From positions 93,436,001 to 93,500,000 of the forward strand of contig OZ076409.1 of assembly GCA_964187785.1 (NCBI GenBank): DNA of 64,000 nt, written 5' to 3'. Shown piece by piece: positions 22,610-36,275 of the stretch. Below the pieces are notes generated by a model. The model was not told the DNA's origin. It saw only the letters and a list, made by a program, of their open reading frames with translations, and made no database searches. A program made the position numbers and the translations under genes. The first letter of the stretch is position 1. Every line of letters begins with the position of its first letter. Origin of the DNA: Amphiscolops sp. MND2022. Taxonomy: Eukaryota.

Positions 22610-25600
22610 CTTTCCGTTTTATCAAATGGCAAAACGTGATATAACCGTATTCAAGTGGGAAAAATCTGTGGTTCGATTTGAATTCCAGTCAAGTATAAAT
22701 CAGAGGTGCTCCGCTGACATTCGGCTCAGACGTGTCCAACTTGCTTAATTTATTCGGTGTTTAGCTGCTAATTTAGTTCACTTTAAGATGAAAATGCTGA
22801 CCTAATTAGTGTAAAAGGGGTGAGAAATTCGTTTATGTTCTATTATGTCTCGGTGCCAGCAACTTGATGAAAAGGTGTCTGAAGAAAAAATAGTGTCTGA
22901 TGATGCATTAGAGTGATTTGAATCCTAGCAACACTCCTTTGCAATTCAATTATTGCTGAGTGCCTGAAAAGTAGAACCATCTTTGTTAAATTATCTAAAA
23001 CCCCATCAAAGTTGAAATATAATGAAGGTTAGTGGAAACATAAAATTTAAAAAGAAAAACACGTCAGTAATTTGCGTCCTTGAAAAATAAAAATTAGAGA
23101 TATTGTTGAAAACTGTTTTTCATGTTTTCATGCAGCCCTTGATATGCATTTCATGCGTGAAAATCCCGCCGGTTTTCCGTTGCGTGTTTAAATCTTACAC
23201 GGGCCATTTAAAATGGCAGGGATACGTATGAATAAACGCGCTGGGGAATTTTGCCCGTAACTTCCAACAATTTCCATTTAAACAGGAATTTCTTTTAATT
23301 GTAGGAAGTTCTATTGTAATCATACAAAAAAGTTTCCTGTGAGCTCCATTTTTCAATTTCGACCTTGACAAATCAGGCACTTTACAGATAAAACATTCTC
23401 AGCGTATTGATATAAACGATTTCTCGCAATTCCAAATGAGCAAAGCGCACGCCGGAAATGGCGCAAATTTTCAGTCTATAATGGGAATTAACTTTTTTGA
23501 TGCATACTTTATGATGCGATGTTACTTACAAGTAAAAAAATAGATATAAGGTATTTATGACGCCGAAACAATTTTTCGAAACAAGAACACCGAAAATTTT
23601 TTATTGTAACAAAACCACAAAATTTGACGAAACCATTTTTTTAAAAAAAGTAAAAGATCGAAGATTTGCACCCAATTTTTTGTTGACAGAATGTTTTATA
23701 AGACATGTATCACATGAACGTCGCATAATTGTCATACATAACAGTTACACGAAACAAATGCGAAGCCACTCTGTTGTAATGAGGATATTTTATCTCTAAA
23801 ATTTTAAAATATTTCACTACCGATTGCCAATCCAAGCTCATCTATTGTCCAAGCTGATCAATCCAAGTCCCGAAAGTGTTTCCTGAAGTTTTCCTTTTCA
23901 GTGAATTTGAATAATAGTAAGGTGGTTTTAGATATCATTCGGTAAAGTTGTGGTTCAGAATTTTTTACTGCAACAGGTGAATCAGTTTCTTGGCAATTTT
24001 AGGACATTTCTGAACGTCAATTCCGTTCTAAATACATTCATGTCACAGCAAGATCGTACTCTTGCTGGGCTTCTTTCAGCTTCTCAAGATTTCCAGAATA
24101 TACAAGATTAATGGCAAACGTTTCAAGATACTTTGCACTGGATCCCTAGTTGAAACTACAGGAACTTTTAACATGCAGTATGGATGCACGCAGACTAATT
24201 TTGTATGAACCATCAAAAATACAGACACACTGCATGGTAAACTTCTGTAGCAACTGCAGCTATGAAAAAATTGGCAGAACTTCACTGCGCTTCGGAATAA
24301 AATTATGAAGGTTAAGCGCCAAATTTTAAATATTAATTTCATAGATCCTTTTTAAAAACCTTATTACCCCATTTAAAATCCTTAACCGACGGGTACCCAA
24401 AAGTAAAAGACTAAAACACAAAAACTAAATTTTGAATGAAATTTCAGAATCATCGAAATGGTGATGATGCAAATTTTTATTGTGTTGATGCAATGTTTGT
24501 CAATTTTCCGCCCAATTAGAAGAAGGCGCAGATACGTTTGTTAATGGCAAAATAGCATCGCCTGCACCGATGACGAGTTTCGCCCACAAAAACTCGGAAA
24601 ATTTGGCGGTCCAGAAGTCACTCTTAAACGTTGCAGCAAAAGCTTGGCATCCTCCAAGAACTATGAAAACTTTTAAGCAATTAGAAGCTTTTTGGTAATT
24701 AAACATTTTGATTGCCAAATATTGGGTGGTAAACGAAAATTGACTATAAGCCCATGTGTTCTTATCCTGGTTGAAACTGCTGGAACTTTTCACAAGTTTT
24801 TGTATGTTTCAATTCTATTTTTCAATGCAGCTTATACATTATCAGTTTGACCGCCATTTTGATTTCATGCCAGTCAACTTTAATCACGTTGTAGGTTCCA
24901 AAGTAGCGTTATATTCAACGAGCGAATTTTGGTGTAACGTCAGGCAAAAGACGTTGCAGAAGTTTTTGAAAATTTCGATCAAAAATTCGAAATGTGCGAC
25001 ATCAAACAAGCACATTCAAGATGGCCGACCCGGCAGGTACGAAAACCGTAGAGGAAGTAAAAAAAAGGCAGAACGGTGCCAGACCCAGCCCGAGAGGCAG
25101 GCCTTGTTGTCCCTAACACCCGAAGAAACCCAGAAGAGGCTAAAAAGAACAAAACCACGGGTTGTGTCATACCCTCAAAGGATGTCCTGGAAGGTCCGAA
25201 GGAGATCGACAATTCGAGGGTGGTTTGCCCGAAGACTTTGGAAACTGTATGAAAATCAGCATGTTTTATCATTTTCAGTGCATTGGTAGCTATTGCCCTT
25301 TATTTTGCAGATTTATGATGGTTCAGGATCTATTAGATCCCTGTTTTGCCCATTTTAGATCTTATTCACAAAATTGATGTACTTTAGCTAAACCTCTGTT
25401 TTTTGGCCTCGGAAGTATGTAGGAGATAGCAGGAACGCATTAGGAACCTAGGATACGTTTTTACAGGCTTGTGGGGCGTGTCCGGACTTTGAGAGTGCCG
25501 GCACGTCGCTTCGGAGCTCTAACTAGAGAAGCCTCCTTAGACGATAGAAAAGTCCCCCTTGGAGACCATTTTGGGATTAAAAACTAGTGCCTAGGGCTGT

Positions 25601-26258
25601 AGTAAGACAACGGTCTCCTGTTTAAGCACCCTAGGCATTGTCCCTCTTCCTAGATGTGCGTCGCTAGCCGGTCGTTACATGGTAACAGTGATTACATAGG
25701 TTGAATATCAACAAAATTTAAGAGTGAAAACAAAGTGATCGAGACAGTTAGGAAGTTGATTTCATTCGAATTAGTGGAAGCTGCAAAGTAATCCTACAAA
25801 ATGTCTAAGCAGTCTCCCGGAACGTTTCCTGTTTTGTAAAAAGAATTAGACTTGCATGAATGAAAGCAGTATGGAAAATTTCTCAGCTTATTCCACTCCT
25901 GTAAGTTCTGCTTATGAATAGTGAAACAACACTACCGTTGTTTGTACTGTGAATTACTTATGTAATGGCATACAAATGAATGAATAAATTCTTCTGCGTA
26001 AAAATTTTACATTTGTATTGTATTTACTCATTTGTATTGTTCAAAGCTTGTCGAAAACGTCGTTCAAATTAGCAAACCCCATTTCGAAAATTGAACATCC
26101 CAAAACCATGAAGAACTGCGTGGAATTGTAAAGCATTTTTACTGATGAAATCATAACAGGACGCCCCTTAAACACAGGTATATTTTGAGCCACAATCGTA
26201 TTGCAAAAAAAATATGACGAAAAGGGGACTCTAAAGCCCCCACACTACTCAAATAAGC

Positions 26259-27150
26259 AAACAAGCTGGGAACGGCCCAATCAGCGCACGGCTCAAAGTT
26301 CAAAAAGAGTAAAGTGTTTGAATTATTCGAATTGGGGCTTTTAAATACCCCAAGGAATACCCTTGAGACTCGATTATAGCTTTTTCTGAACTGGAAACAT
26401 CCAAAAAACCCGAATAATGAAAAAAATGTTCAAATTTTTTGCAGTGAGCAAAGTCCCATAGTGCCGGAAAACCAGAAAAGAGCACTCTGAAGTTGCAAAA
26501 TTTTTTTCCAAGCCAAAATAGGTTTTAAGAAGTGAATTGACCAAATGACATCCCTTGAAAGAAAAACGCACAGTGCCGATAAAACCGTAGGTCTTTTCCA
26601 CAGGTATTGAAAAAGCTGTCATTAGTCCCACAGGACCCAAATAACCCAAGATCTTACCACCAGGGCTTTCCTCAACAGAAAATCTGAAAAAAATTGAGTG
26701 AAAAAAACTTTTCAATTTTTTGACTTACCGAAAAATGTCTTCAACAAGTCGCATATTATCGGAAACCCTTTAAGGTCCCTATATTCTCGCAAAATGCTTT
26801 GAATCCGCTAAATTTGAAGGAAGGCTTCTGAAAAAAGTTCGAATGAAGCGTGCTGGGATAAATGGGAGCGCCTTCTCTTCAGTAGACTCCTCAGTGAAAC
26901 ACAATAAAGTTCGAAAAAAACGTCGAAAGTTCGGATAGAGCGAAATGTTTTCAGGCTCCAGCCCGGGTTCGAACCCACGACCTCCTGTCTTCCAGGCGGA
27001 CGGGCGCACTACCAACAGGACAACGGAGACTAAATTATCCATATACTAAATGGAGTAGTGAAATAGAGATTTGTCAGAATTCGAAAAAAACTCCACTTAG
27101 ATGGTTATTTTCCCACCACTACACAAAAATTTGTGCGGGCGGAATAAAAC
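26259..27150 (-). mobile_element. Divergent HINE-like element, reverse orientation (right boundary approximate)
   Basis: AAACAAGCTGGGAACGGCCCAATCAGCGC is the reverse complement of the family 3' end. Internal CACAGTGCCGA repeats. Confidence 0.5.
26953..27030 (-). pseudogene. tRNA-derived segment (SINE head or pseudo-tRNA)
   Basis: Minus strand TGGTAGTGCG (A-box-like) ... GGAGGTCGTGGGTTCGAACCC (B-box/T-arm). Acceptor and anticodon stems do not pair well. Confidence 0.45.
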
Positions 27151-30100
27151 CGTTTTTTAATTATAAAATGATGGAAAATAGACATATTAGCAAATATAAG
27201 ATGATAATTTTTCTAGATTGTTATATATAGCTTCTAGCACTTTTTTTGAGAACTTCGATCCAATTACCAAATAATATTTTTCAGATGTTCAATTCAACAA
27301 AGTTTTAGACGCATTCCTTTCTACGCTAAGGCTTCCTGCATTCTGCAAAAAAATTGCTTCTTGTTCACGTGTCTTAAGAGATCCGTGATCTTAAGAGATT
27401 ATCCGTGAATATAATTATAATACTTTTCAAAAAAAATCAGACAATTCCTAGCCTCCATCTTTTATGAAACATGTATCGCAATAGTCTGAAACAAACGTCT
27501 CCTACAGCTGTGAAAACTAGTTCAAGCAAATATGTAGAGTTCTAAAGTAACAATCCGAAAAAGTGTTCCACTTTTTTGGTTCTTACAAGATGCAGCACAC
27601 TTCGGTAATAACGATACTAATTCTAATATAGGCTTTTTCATTGTTATTTCTATTATTGGTCGGGACGAAAAAAAATTGACACTGGTCAGAGTCGATCGCC
27701 AGGCCTCAGAGAAATCGAAGACAACTCTGATACAAAATCCAATCAAATCGCGCATATAAAGTCAAATAATTGAAACAGCTCATTTCTAGTGAAAATGGAG
27801 TTATAAGAAAATGGTCTCATTATAGTTTGTGCAACAATTCGAGTAAAGTTGTACAAACGAGAAAAAACTTTTCGAACTTTTATCTTCGAAACATCAAAAA
27901 AGCAATTTAGTAAAATGTTTTCTTGAAAACTCTTTCAAAGAAAAACAGTCGCACAGTGCCGAAAAAATCAAAGCGGATAATACCATTCATTGATGTACAG
28001 AAGAGTTCGAAAAAATATGAGATTTTTGTAGGAGTTTGCATTAAAATAAAGAATGCAACGCAGGTGACGCGACAGATTGAAAATTTTATGATGTCTTGTA
28101 TAATTTTTGAATTGGTAATTGCATGTAAGTCCGGGATCGGCATATGTTATCTCGGAGGAAAAATTTTGTTGATTCAGCCATTTTGTATTATTTAGATGGA
28201 AATGAACCTGCCAGATGCTCACTTATGGGATTAATTTCTTTTTGAGGCACTTTAGATAGATCCCTTTTCTCGGGCGTAGGAAGTGTCTATAGAAGAGCAC
28301 GCAGGAACCTTAAGATTAGTTTGTAAGCGCTTGTAAGACACACGGGCTCCAAATTGGCGAGTTTACTCAACATCACAAATGTACTTCCTGGAGAACTTTG
28401 TGGGTAAAAAGTGGTATTTTAGCTGGTATATGATACCCGTTTTTCGTCTAAATGTCTAGAATACCTGTCCAACGAAAGATAACACTCCGTTTCTGGCTAG
28501 AAATAATTACAAACATATTTTGCTTCGACTTTTTTGACTTGATTGTTGAAAAGAAACTATTGGTACCGAAACCGTATAATATTTTTAGCTGGAACATTTT
28601 TGTGAATGCATTAACAAATTTTTACAAATGTACAAATTTTTACAAGAATATTACAACTTTAACTGCAGTGTTTAGAAAAACTTTCAAATTTTTCCATTGG
28701 AAGTGTGCAAATTTTGTTTCCTAATTTTTAAAACAAAGAAGCGCATTTTTTAATCCAATTTTTGAGACACACTGCTTCAGATGTGTAAAGGTAACATCTA
28801 AGATAAGGATTTCCTTTCATGAAAGGTTGTCTTTATAGTAACACCATATAGAAATTTTATATCAATTTTATGGCCAACCTGAAATCATACACTTGAAATT
28901 CTAGACTTCAATCCGCCTTTAATTCCATGTGAACAAGTTTATGGCATGGCTTGTGAATAATAAGTATCAAATTCACTGTACGAAATAATGCATTTTGGTC
29001 TTGAATTTAAGCTGATACTCGTGCTTTGTGCTAACATGTAACTTTATCTAAGAGTCAAGGAGAAATCTCCAAAATTAATAAGTTCAACTTGCCAAACAGC
29101 CCAGTGAGCTTGCTTAGGATTGATTTCAAAGTCATATCATCTGAAAGGCTGAAATGAGCTTGGGAATGTCCATATAAAAAGATCATTTTATCTCGAGAAA
29201 TATTTCAAGCCTGAATCAAAATATTTTCTCTACGAACAAGATTTTGTTGAACCCCCAAAACTTTTTTACAAGTCGTGGACGAAATCGAAAACGACAAACT
29301 CAGGGTTACATTTAAAAACATCGAGGAAACATCGAAGGGAATTCTGAAAATGCTACGATGTAATTGAAAAAACATTAATATGGTAGAGATTTGTATCAAA
29401 CACAGAATAACTTTACAGGTTATGAAAATTCGGGGATAGAAAATAATCTGAAAAAAAATGAGAAAAAAAACTCTCGAAAGCTTCGCACTTTAAAATCGAA
29501 TCCAAAAAATATTCAAGTGACTTACGATGGAAGAAGGGTAGTTAGAACGAAGTTTTAAAACAAGTCTCAATTTCGCCTTTTTGGTACCGTGCAAGATTTT
29601 TTTCGAAAGGTTTTAATTGTGTGAAAAAGATTCAGTTTCGACTGATATTTACGCGTTGATATTTACACGAAAAGACAGTTCTTCAAATTTTAAATCGGCC
29701 CACGCAGAGGTAAAGTGTTCAATTAACAAAACCGACAACAAATTTAGACTCTCTGAAAAGGGCTGAATATGGGCAACTGAAAATAACCCAAAATTTGGTA
29801 GTTTCAACGAACCATATTTCCACAACGTATAACAGAATGACTTCCGGATTGGCCGTGACCGACATTTTTTGACCCAAACTACCAATTTAGGGCGAAAAAC
29901 TGGAAAACATTTCGATTTTTTTTCTGGGGCATTTTTGGGCTTCGAACTCAATATATTGCTTTTCTGGCAAATGTCGCCCTCCATTTCCTGTTTAACCGAC
30001 TTTAGCCCTCATATTCCCTTGTGATCGTGATGTGAGAACATATTTGAGTATTTGTAGCCAATATTAGCTCACCCAGATAGGCAGAAAGTGCCCAAGATAG

Positions 30101-32439
30101 TGTATTTACTGATCACGAAAGTATGGTTACTTGTTGTGAAACAGCGGATATCCTCTCATAGCTTCATATTTACGCATAAATATTTGCTTCTATTTTGCTT
30201 CCTCTATTAGTCGATGTACCTGAGATGTTGTATAGCCATATTAGAACGGATCATTGACTTCTTTAAAGCAAGTTTGAGTGTTTTTAGAAGTTGAATAATT
30301 CAGTTTTCATCACGGATTCGAAAAATTTTTGGAAACTTTACGCTTTTTTGCAAATTATATATATCCCAGGGACAGGCCAACGAACGCATTAGCTACTAAA
30401 ATTAGCCTTTACACTCTCGCTGACTAAGTTGATACGTTTTCTATTCAACTTTCAACCGCTGTAGAGAGATTTCATGAAACAATTCTACTTCAGTTCCCTG
30501 TTACTTCGGAAAAACAAATAATTCAAAGGGGAACTGAAAGTTTATTTGATAGGGATCATTACACACAAAAAAACAAATATATTTGACTTGAAATTAAAAA
30601 ACCAATCTGGACAGGAAAAAACCTATTGGCTCGTCAAAGTTCCCGCACTGAAAAACCAAATTCGGGAATTTTTGTAAATGATGTTTTACAACTATTACCG
30701 CCCTCAAGAACTTTCTTTACGTTGAGCACTACTACTCAAAAACTTCATTATCAGCATTAGTCCTTTTCAAAGTAATATACAAAGAGATGCTTGTTGTCGA
30801 CTACATAGTTCGCGGTTATTTTTGTGACGAGCTTTTTATCTTGATAGGCTGATAGTTTCCTCAAATCTATTGGAATTAATTCTGCTTCCATTAACCAATT
30901 ATAAGTTAAACGAAGAAAGTTTTCTAAGGACCTCCTCTTAGGAACGGTCCGACTATATTGCGCCGGCATCAATTTTGCATTTTCCATCGAGTTGTATATG
31001 TTCCCAAGTCTAGCCTCATGAAAGTTTTAGGTGCATCTGACCTAAACTGCCTGAAAAGCTCTTTGATGTTCTCGAATATGAAAAGTTCAAAAACTGTCAG
31101 AATTTCGTTCGTTCGAAGAAGATTACAGACTCACTTTTACTCACTTTCGATCCAGACTTCAAATTTGATTCATGAAATTTCAACGTGTCGAGAAGCATAA
31201 TCCATCATCTAACAAAGATGCAAGTTGAATGCCAAGAGGCTATAGAGGACCAAAGAAAAAAGGCATGGTGCCATGATTTGTCATGAATGGAAACTGATAC
31301 TGATAACTTCCACCTAATATGTCTTTTGATTCGAATTAGACGCGTTCCAAGGTCTAATGTTTTATTTATTTTGAGTAATTTTCGTTCTCACAAGCACCGC
31401 TGAAACAGGAAACTTTCCTGCTTAGAAGTTCGCAGTCACCCGAAGTTGGTAAATCTCGGAGCGCATATCGAAATTGAAGAATGAAAACAATTGTTTTGAT
31501 AACACTGAATTGTTAATCAACTGTTTTTCATGATAAGACAATATGATGAAAGATCTTCTCTTTTCTTTTCTTGAGCTCGGCTATTGTTAGTCAACAACCT
31601 GTACATTTTAGTGAGATTATGTAATGACATTGCTAGTGCTCTGCCGCAGATAGTGTAGCAGAATTGTGGATGTGAAGAATAATATTGTTTGTTTTGTAAA
31701 GATTAATCATTTTCTTGATACTCTTGCACTGTGAGAGTTTTGTCAAATTTTATAAATAAATTGTCGAAAAGTTTGCTAGAAGCAGGAATAAACATTATCG
31801 TTTCAATACCTTATAAATTATATATTTTTATCCTATAAATTCATGGATAAAAACATGTACCCGGTTCTCCACCTTATAACAGTGTCTTTGAGATATAAAT
31901 AGATTGAATTGATAAACCCATTTTGTAAATTATAAAATTTGTTGGCAAGTTTTTTGGAAATCTTACACCGTGTCTTCGATTTCTGGAAAGATGATTACAC
32001 GTTCCCGGATATCTGGGCAATATCTCGCGTTTTGTTGCTTATCGACAGTTTTACCTTTAGGTATCCCATTGGAAATACAACAAATACTTCTGACACAAAA
32101 GAAGATAGCATACATCAAGCTCATGCAATCCTGTCATGATCCTTCTAAGTATTCCAATATGCTATACGCTTGGTATACAAGTGTATTTAGAGTACAGGCG
32201 TATTAGTTCCTGAAAAATACAACACCTTGATGGAAAAAGTGAAAACTCTGAAACTTTCATCTGAATGGAAAAACGTACAAACAGACACAGAGCTTTTAAA
32301 AAGTACAAACATCTGGTATTGAAGTTCGTCTTGACCACGACTCGTTTTTTGAAATGAAACGCGAATATTATTGTGGCTTTTCGGCGTGTTTGTTCTCAAT
32401 CCGGTCGAAGTGACTATTTTCATGCCAAATTTCAAAATT

Positions 32440-32766
32440 AAAAAATTCTACAAAATTCTGCAAAGTCGCAAAGTAGTCGGAAGGGTCTCCCATTCATATT
32501 TCACATACTTTTGGACTTAAATACGCTTTTTCGAACATAATCGTTTTTTGAACTTTTTTCCATTGGAAAAAAATCCATTTCCACTTTTGTTTTTTTTAAA
32601 TATTTCTAGAACGTAAAAAACGTTTCAAGCCCAAAGGCTCCCTTTTTGGGTTTTTGGCACTGTGAAAATGGAGAATTTTTCAGAAGAGAATAATTGACCC
32701 TTCGAAGTACTTTTGCTCTTTTTGAGCCTAAAGCACGATGCCGACTTATGCCGTTCCCGGATTGTT
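32440..32766 (+). mobile_element. HINE-like element, 3' portion (left boundary approximate)
   Basis: TTTTGAGCCTAAAGCACGATGCCGACTTATGCCGTTCCCGGATTGTT family terminus. Confidence 0.5.
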
Positions 32767-32963
32767 AAAACTTCAACGTGTATACTTCGTAAACCTTGAA
32801 CTGTTCACTTGGTATCTATATTTTTAATACCTTACTTTTTTTCATTTTCAAGCGCATCTTGAAAACGGAAATTATTCCCGGAAATCTGAAGAAGTCCAAA
32901 AATTGGATTTGCTTTTTATGAAGTTGAATATATAATGAAAAGATCTAGACAATCAAGCTAAGC

Positions 32964-33023
32964 AACCACCACTTCTGAAGAACCTGTCAGTAATTACTGA
33001 CAGGTTCTTCAGAAGTGGTGGTT
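32964..33023. repeat. Perfect 60-bp palindrome with no spacer
   Basis: AACCACCACTTCTGAAGAACCTGTCAGTAA|TTACTGACAGGTTCTTCAGAAGTGGTGGTT. Confidence 0.95.
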
Positions 33024-35589
33024 CCTTAAGGTGACAGAGGTCAAAAAACCACGTGGGTAAACTAATTTGTGAACTCTTGATGAATAATTCAGATGAAATC
33101 GATTTATTGCCCAATTAACCACTAACCGGAGTAAAGGTCGGCCATTGTGAGAGGAATCGATGGCGGAGTAGCTTTTGATAAACTTGCGCATTCCTCTAAG
33201 CAACCCCCTTTCAGTTTGGCTTCTGGTTAGGACTCCGCCCAACATCTTGTCCGTCATGAAACTGTTGCAACTGTCAACTAATCCTCGCATTGTCGGCATC
33301 GGTGCTTCAATGGCATGTTTAAACATTAGGCTGGCGTTTCAGGGAAATTTTAAGATGTTCACGTCTTGTTTTTAGTGCTTTTTTCAATTTTTATAAGTTT
33401 GATTTTTATGTAGTAAAAACATATTTTTGGGCATATTTGTGTCAACGATACCGTGCAGCATTAGAGTATGGAAGTTGAAAGCCTGCTTTGCAAAGTAGGT
33501 AGCAAAACATAGCTACAGAAGACATTACACATATGATCCTGATAATTAAATACCTTGAAAATCGTATAATTTTGAATATCTCTTCCACAAAAAAAACAAT
33601 GCTTGGAAGTAGCATTTTTAGCACACATTTTCGGCTATGTAGAAAAACTCAAGTTGAATTGTTGGTAACAATTTTTATAAACCAGGTTTATGAAACAATT
33701 TTATCTAAACATTCCAGTGGGCACTCCATAGTTGTGGATAGAAAGGCCAGAATATTCGAAGTGTATCGTCTGGTTTGTGGGGGGTACTGATTTGGGTTGC
33801 AAAGTTTTGGCCATTTTCCAAAACCAGACAAAGTGTCGTAACAGTGATGCTAATTTAATTCTTTTTAACTTTCAAAATAAACGATTGATCAAAAATTAAC
33901 ACTTATAAGAGTCTCGGATGAATAGTAAATACAATTTTGTAATTATCGAAGACAACACCAAGCAACATTATAACGGGATTCCTGGATTTTCCTCGACTGA
34001 GCGGTGAGAACATACGTTGGTTAGAAGGACAGAAAGTAATTCAATTTCAGAAAAGACTGGCTTTTTGGAATTTTTCAAGCTAATTTTAACCAACTTGAGT
34101 TAATTGGTTTGTATAAAATGTTGAATAAATTATCATTTGGACCGAACGAATTTCACTAAATGCCCTCGGATAAAACCCAAAAACAGTGACTCCGTGAACA
34201 AATGTGATATTGGACATGATTATAAACGTTATCATAAAACCATAACTAAAAGAAAACAAGATTCGCATGTCAGTACAAGACGAAACAAAACCGCCCTTTC
34301 AAAACTTGGGTCGGCGTTGATTTAAATTTAGCTGTTGTTAAATTGAAGATTGTGAAAATGTCGTAAATAAGGTTCGTTTTAGAATTGCAGTCAATGGAGC
34401 GGAAAACATGGAAGCCGAAAAGGAAAAAGCACCTTTTGAGATCTACGGGGTCTGACAATATGACAATGGCCTTTTGTTGAGGCTCAACAAGCTTGTTCCA
34501 AAGAGAATAGTTGAAAGAATACTCCTTCATAAGAATTTGCTGGGCGGAGTTAGAAAAATTTGCTATTGAAACGAGTCGAGAAATCATATTTAAATGGAAG
34601 AGATATTGGTAATAAAAATTGTACACCGCAAAAGATCTCAGACAGTATTCAAAAGCCGCTTAAAACAACTGAATCGTGTACCAAAACAAAAAAAATTGAA
34701 GTTTCGTTTAATTAAGAAATATTTGTTTGATAAACAGAACAATAATTTTTTGATAACTGTTATTAGCAGAGGTATCCGATAATTTATTGTCCCCAGAGTT
34801 TTGACACAGCTAATAGCGCGGAATTTTTTCAGCGATCCCATAGGCGATTCAAATTAGCGGCAACTAATAGATGGTCCAAATTTGAAATTTCCTGGAAAAT
34901 TCACGGAGTTTCAAAATGAAATTCGAAAAATTACAACACTTCATCTGTAAAACCTACAGAGAATAGATAATTCTAGTTTTTTCTCGTGAAAATTGAAGTA
35001 AACTATCGTTTATATTTCAACCATTCTTGCATTCAAACATTTAATAGTTTCAAGAAGAAAGTTTTTCAGCGAAGTAGCATTTTTGAGTTTAGCAGTTTAG
35101 CGATTAGCGAAAAAAACTAGCCATGTTAAAACTCTGATGGAGTTCCTAGAATCTAAGGACCAGAACCATTGTCTCTACCAGGTAAACAGTCGCGTGGGGG
35201 ACATTTTCAGTGTGAGAAAATTTCATCATTGAGAGCTCCGGTATGAAGTTACGACACTTTATTGACAAAGGAAAAAAGCAATCCGAAAAGGAAAACTACG
35301 CATTTGCTCCTTTGATCTTTTTACATGCGTCTTAATATCAAAAACTGTTGAGCTGTGTTGAAGTGGAACTCAAATAATTGAAAACGTATTGAGGAATTAA
35401 TGTGTATTGATGAACTTGAATGAATTGAAGTTGAAACTAACTGTCTTTTAACTATAGGCTCTCGCAACAATAGGAGGCTTTATCAACACTAGAGGGGGTA
35501 TTTGTTTCCAATTTGGGAAGAGGATCTTTATCGCATCTGCCTTTTAAAAAAATACAGTGCAGAGCAGTTTTGTTTTTTGATGTCACTAA

Positions 35590-36275
35590 GTCGGCGGGCT
35601 CACGATATTCGGCTGTCATAATATTTCGGTTGTCGTCACATTTCGGCTCTCATGAATCTTCGACTGTCATCAATTTCCGGTTTTTCGGTTAACATTGTAC
35701 TTCGAATGTGATCATGTTTCGCCTGTCGTTAAATTTCAACAGACATCAAAGTTCAGCTGTCATAATGAATCGTTGTCGTATTACTTCAGCTGCCCTCGTG
35801 TTTCGGTCAGTATCAAAGTTCGGCTGTCACCATTTGTCAGCTGTAATCGTAACTTGAATGTCATAATTTTTCGGTTGTCATGATAATTCAGCTGTCATCA
35901 AATTCTGTTTGTCGTAATACTTCCTCTTTCATCATATTTCTATGGGTATGATATTTAGGGTGTAATTGATTTGGCTATTATGGTATTCTGACTGTCATCA
36001 TAATTAGACCATCATCAAATTTGGGAGCCGTAATACTTTTGGGAGGCTGTCATCATGTTTTGGTCCGTAATAAGCTTCATCTGTCATCGTATTTTAGCTG
36101 TCATCAAATTTCGTCTGTCGTAAAATATTGACTGTAAGAATACGTCAGCTTTTATCCTATTTAGATCGGTATCAAATTTAAGCTGTCATCATAATTGGGC
36201 TGTAATCATTTTCGGTTGTCCTCATATTTCAGATTTCAGTTTACTTCGGCGGTCATCTTGTTTCAGCTGTCATTA
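35590..36275. repeat. Degenerate ~19-20 bp minisatellite
   Basis: About 35 units of the TTTCGGCTGTCATCAAA / TTCAGCTGTCATAAT type. Confidence 0.85.

Noticed and set aside
24756..25377. Host gene start (CAAGATGGCCGAC...) or 177 aa ORF
   Set aside because: Frames are interrupted, and I found no recognisable domain or convincing exon chain.
28900..33400. Decayed coding-like fragments (possible Maverick or viral remnants)
   Set aside because: Short, stop-ridden frames with no motif I can identify; needs a translated profile search.
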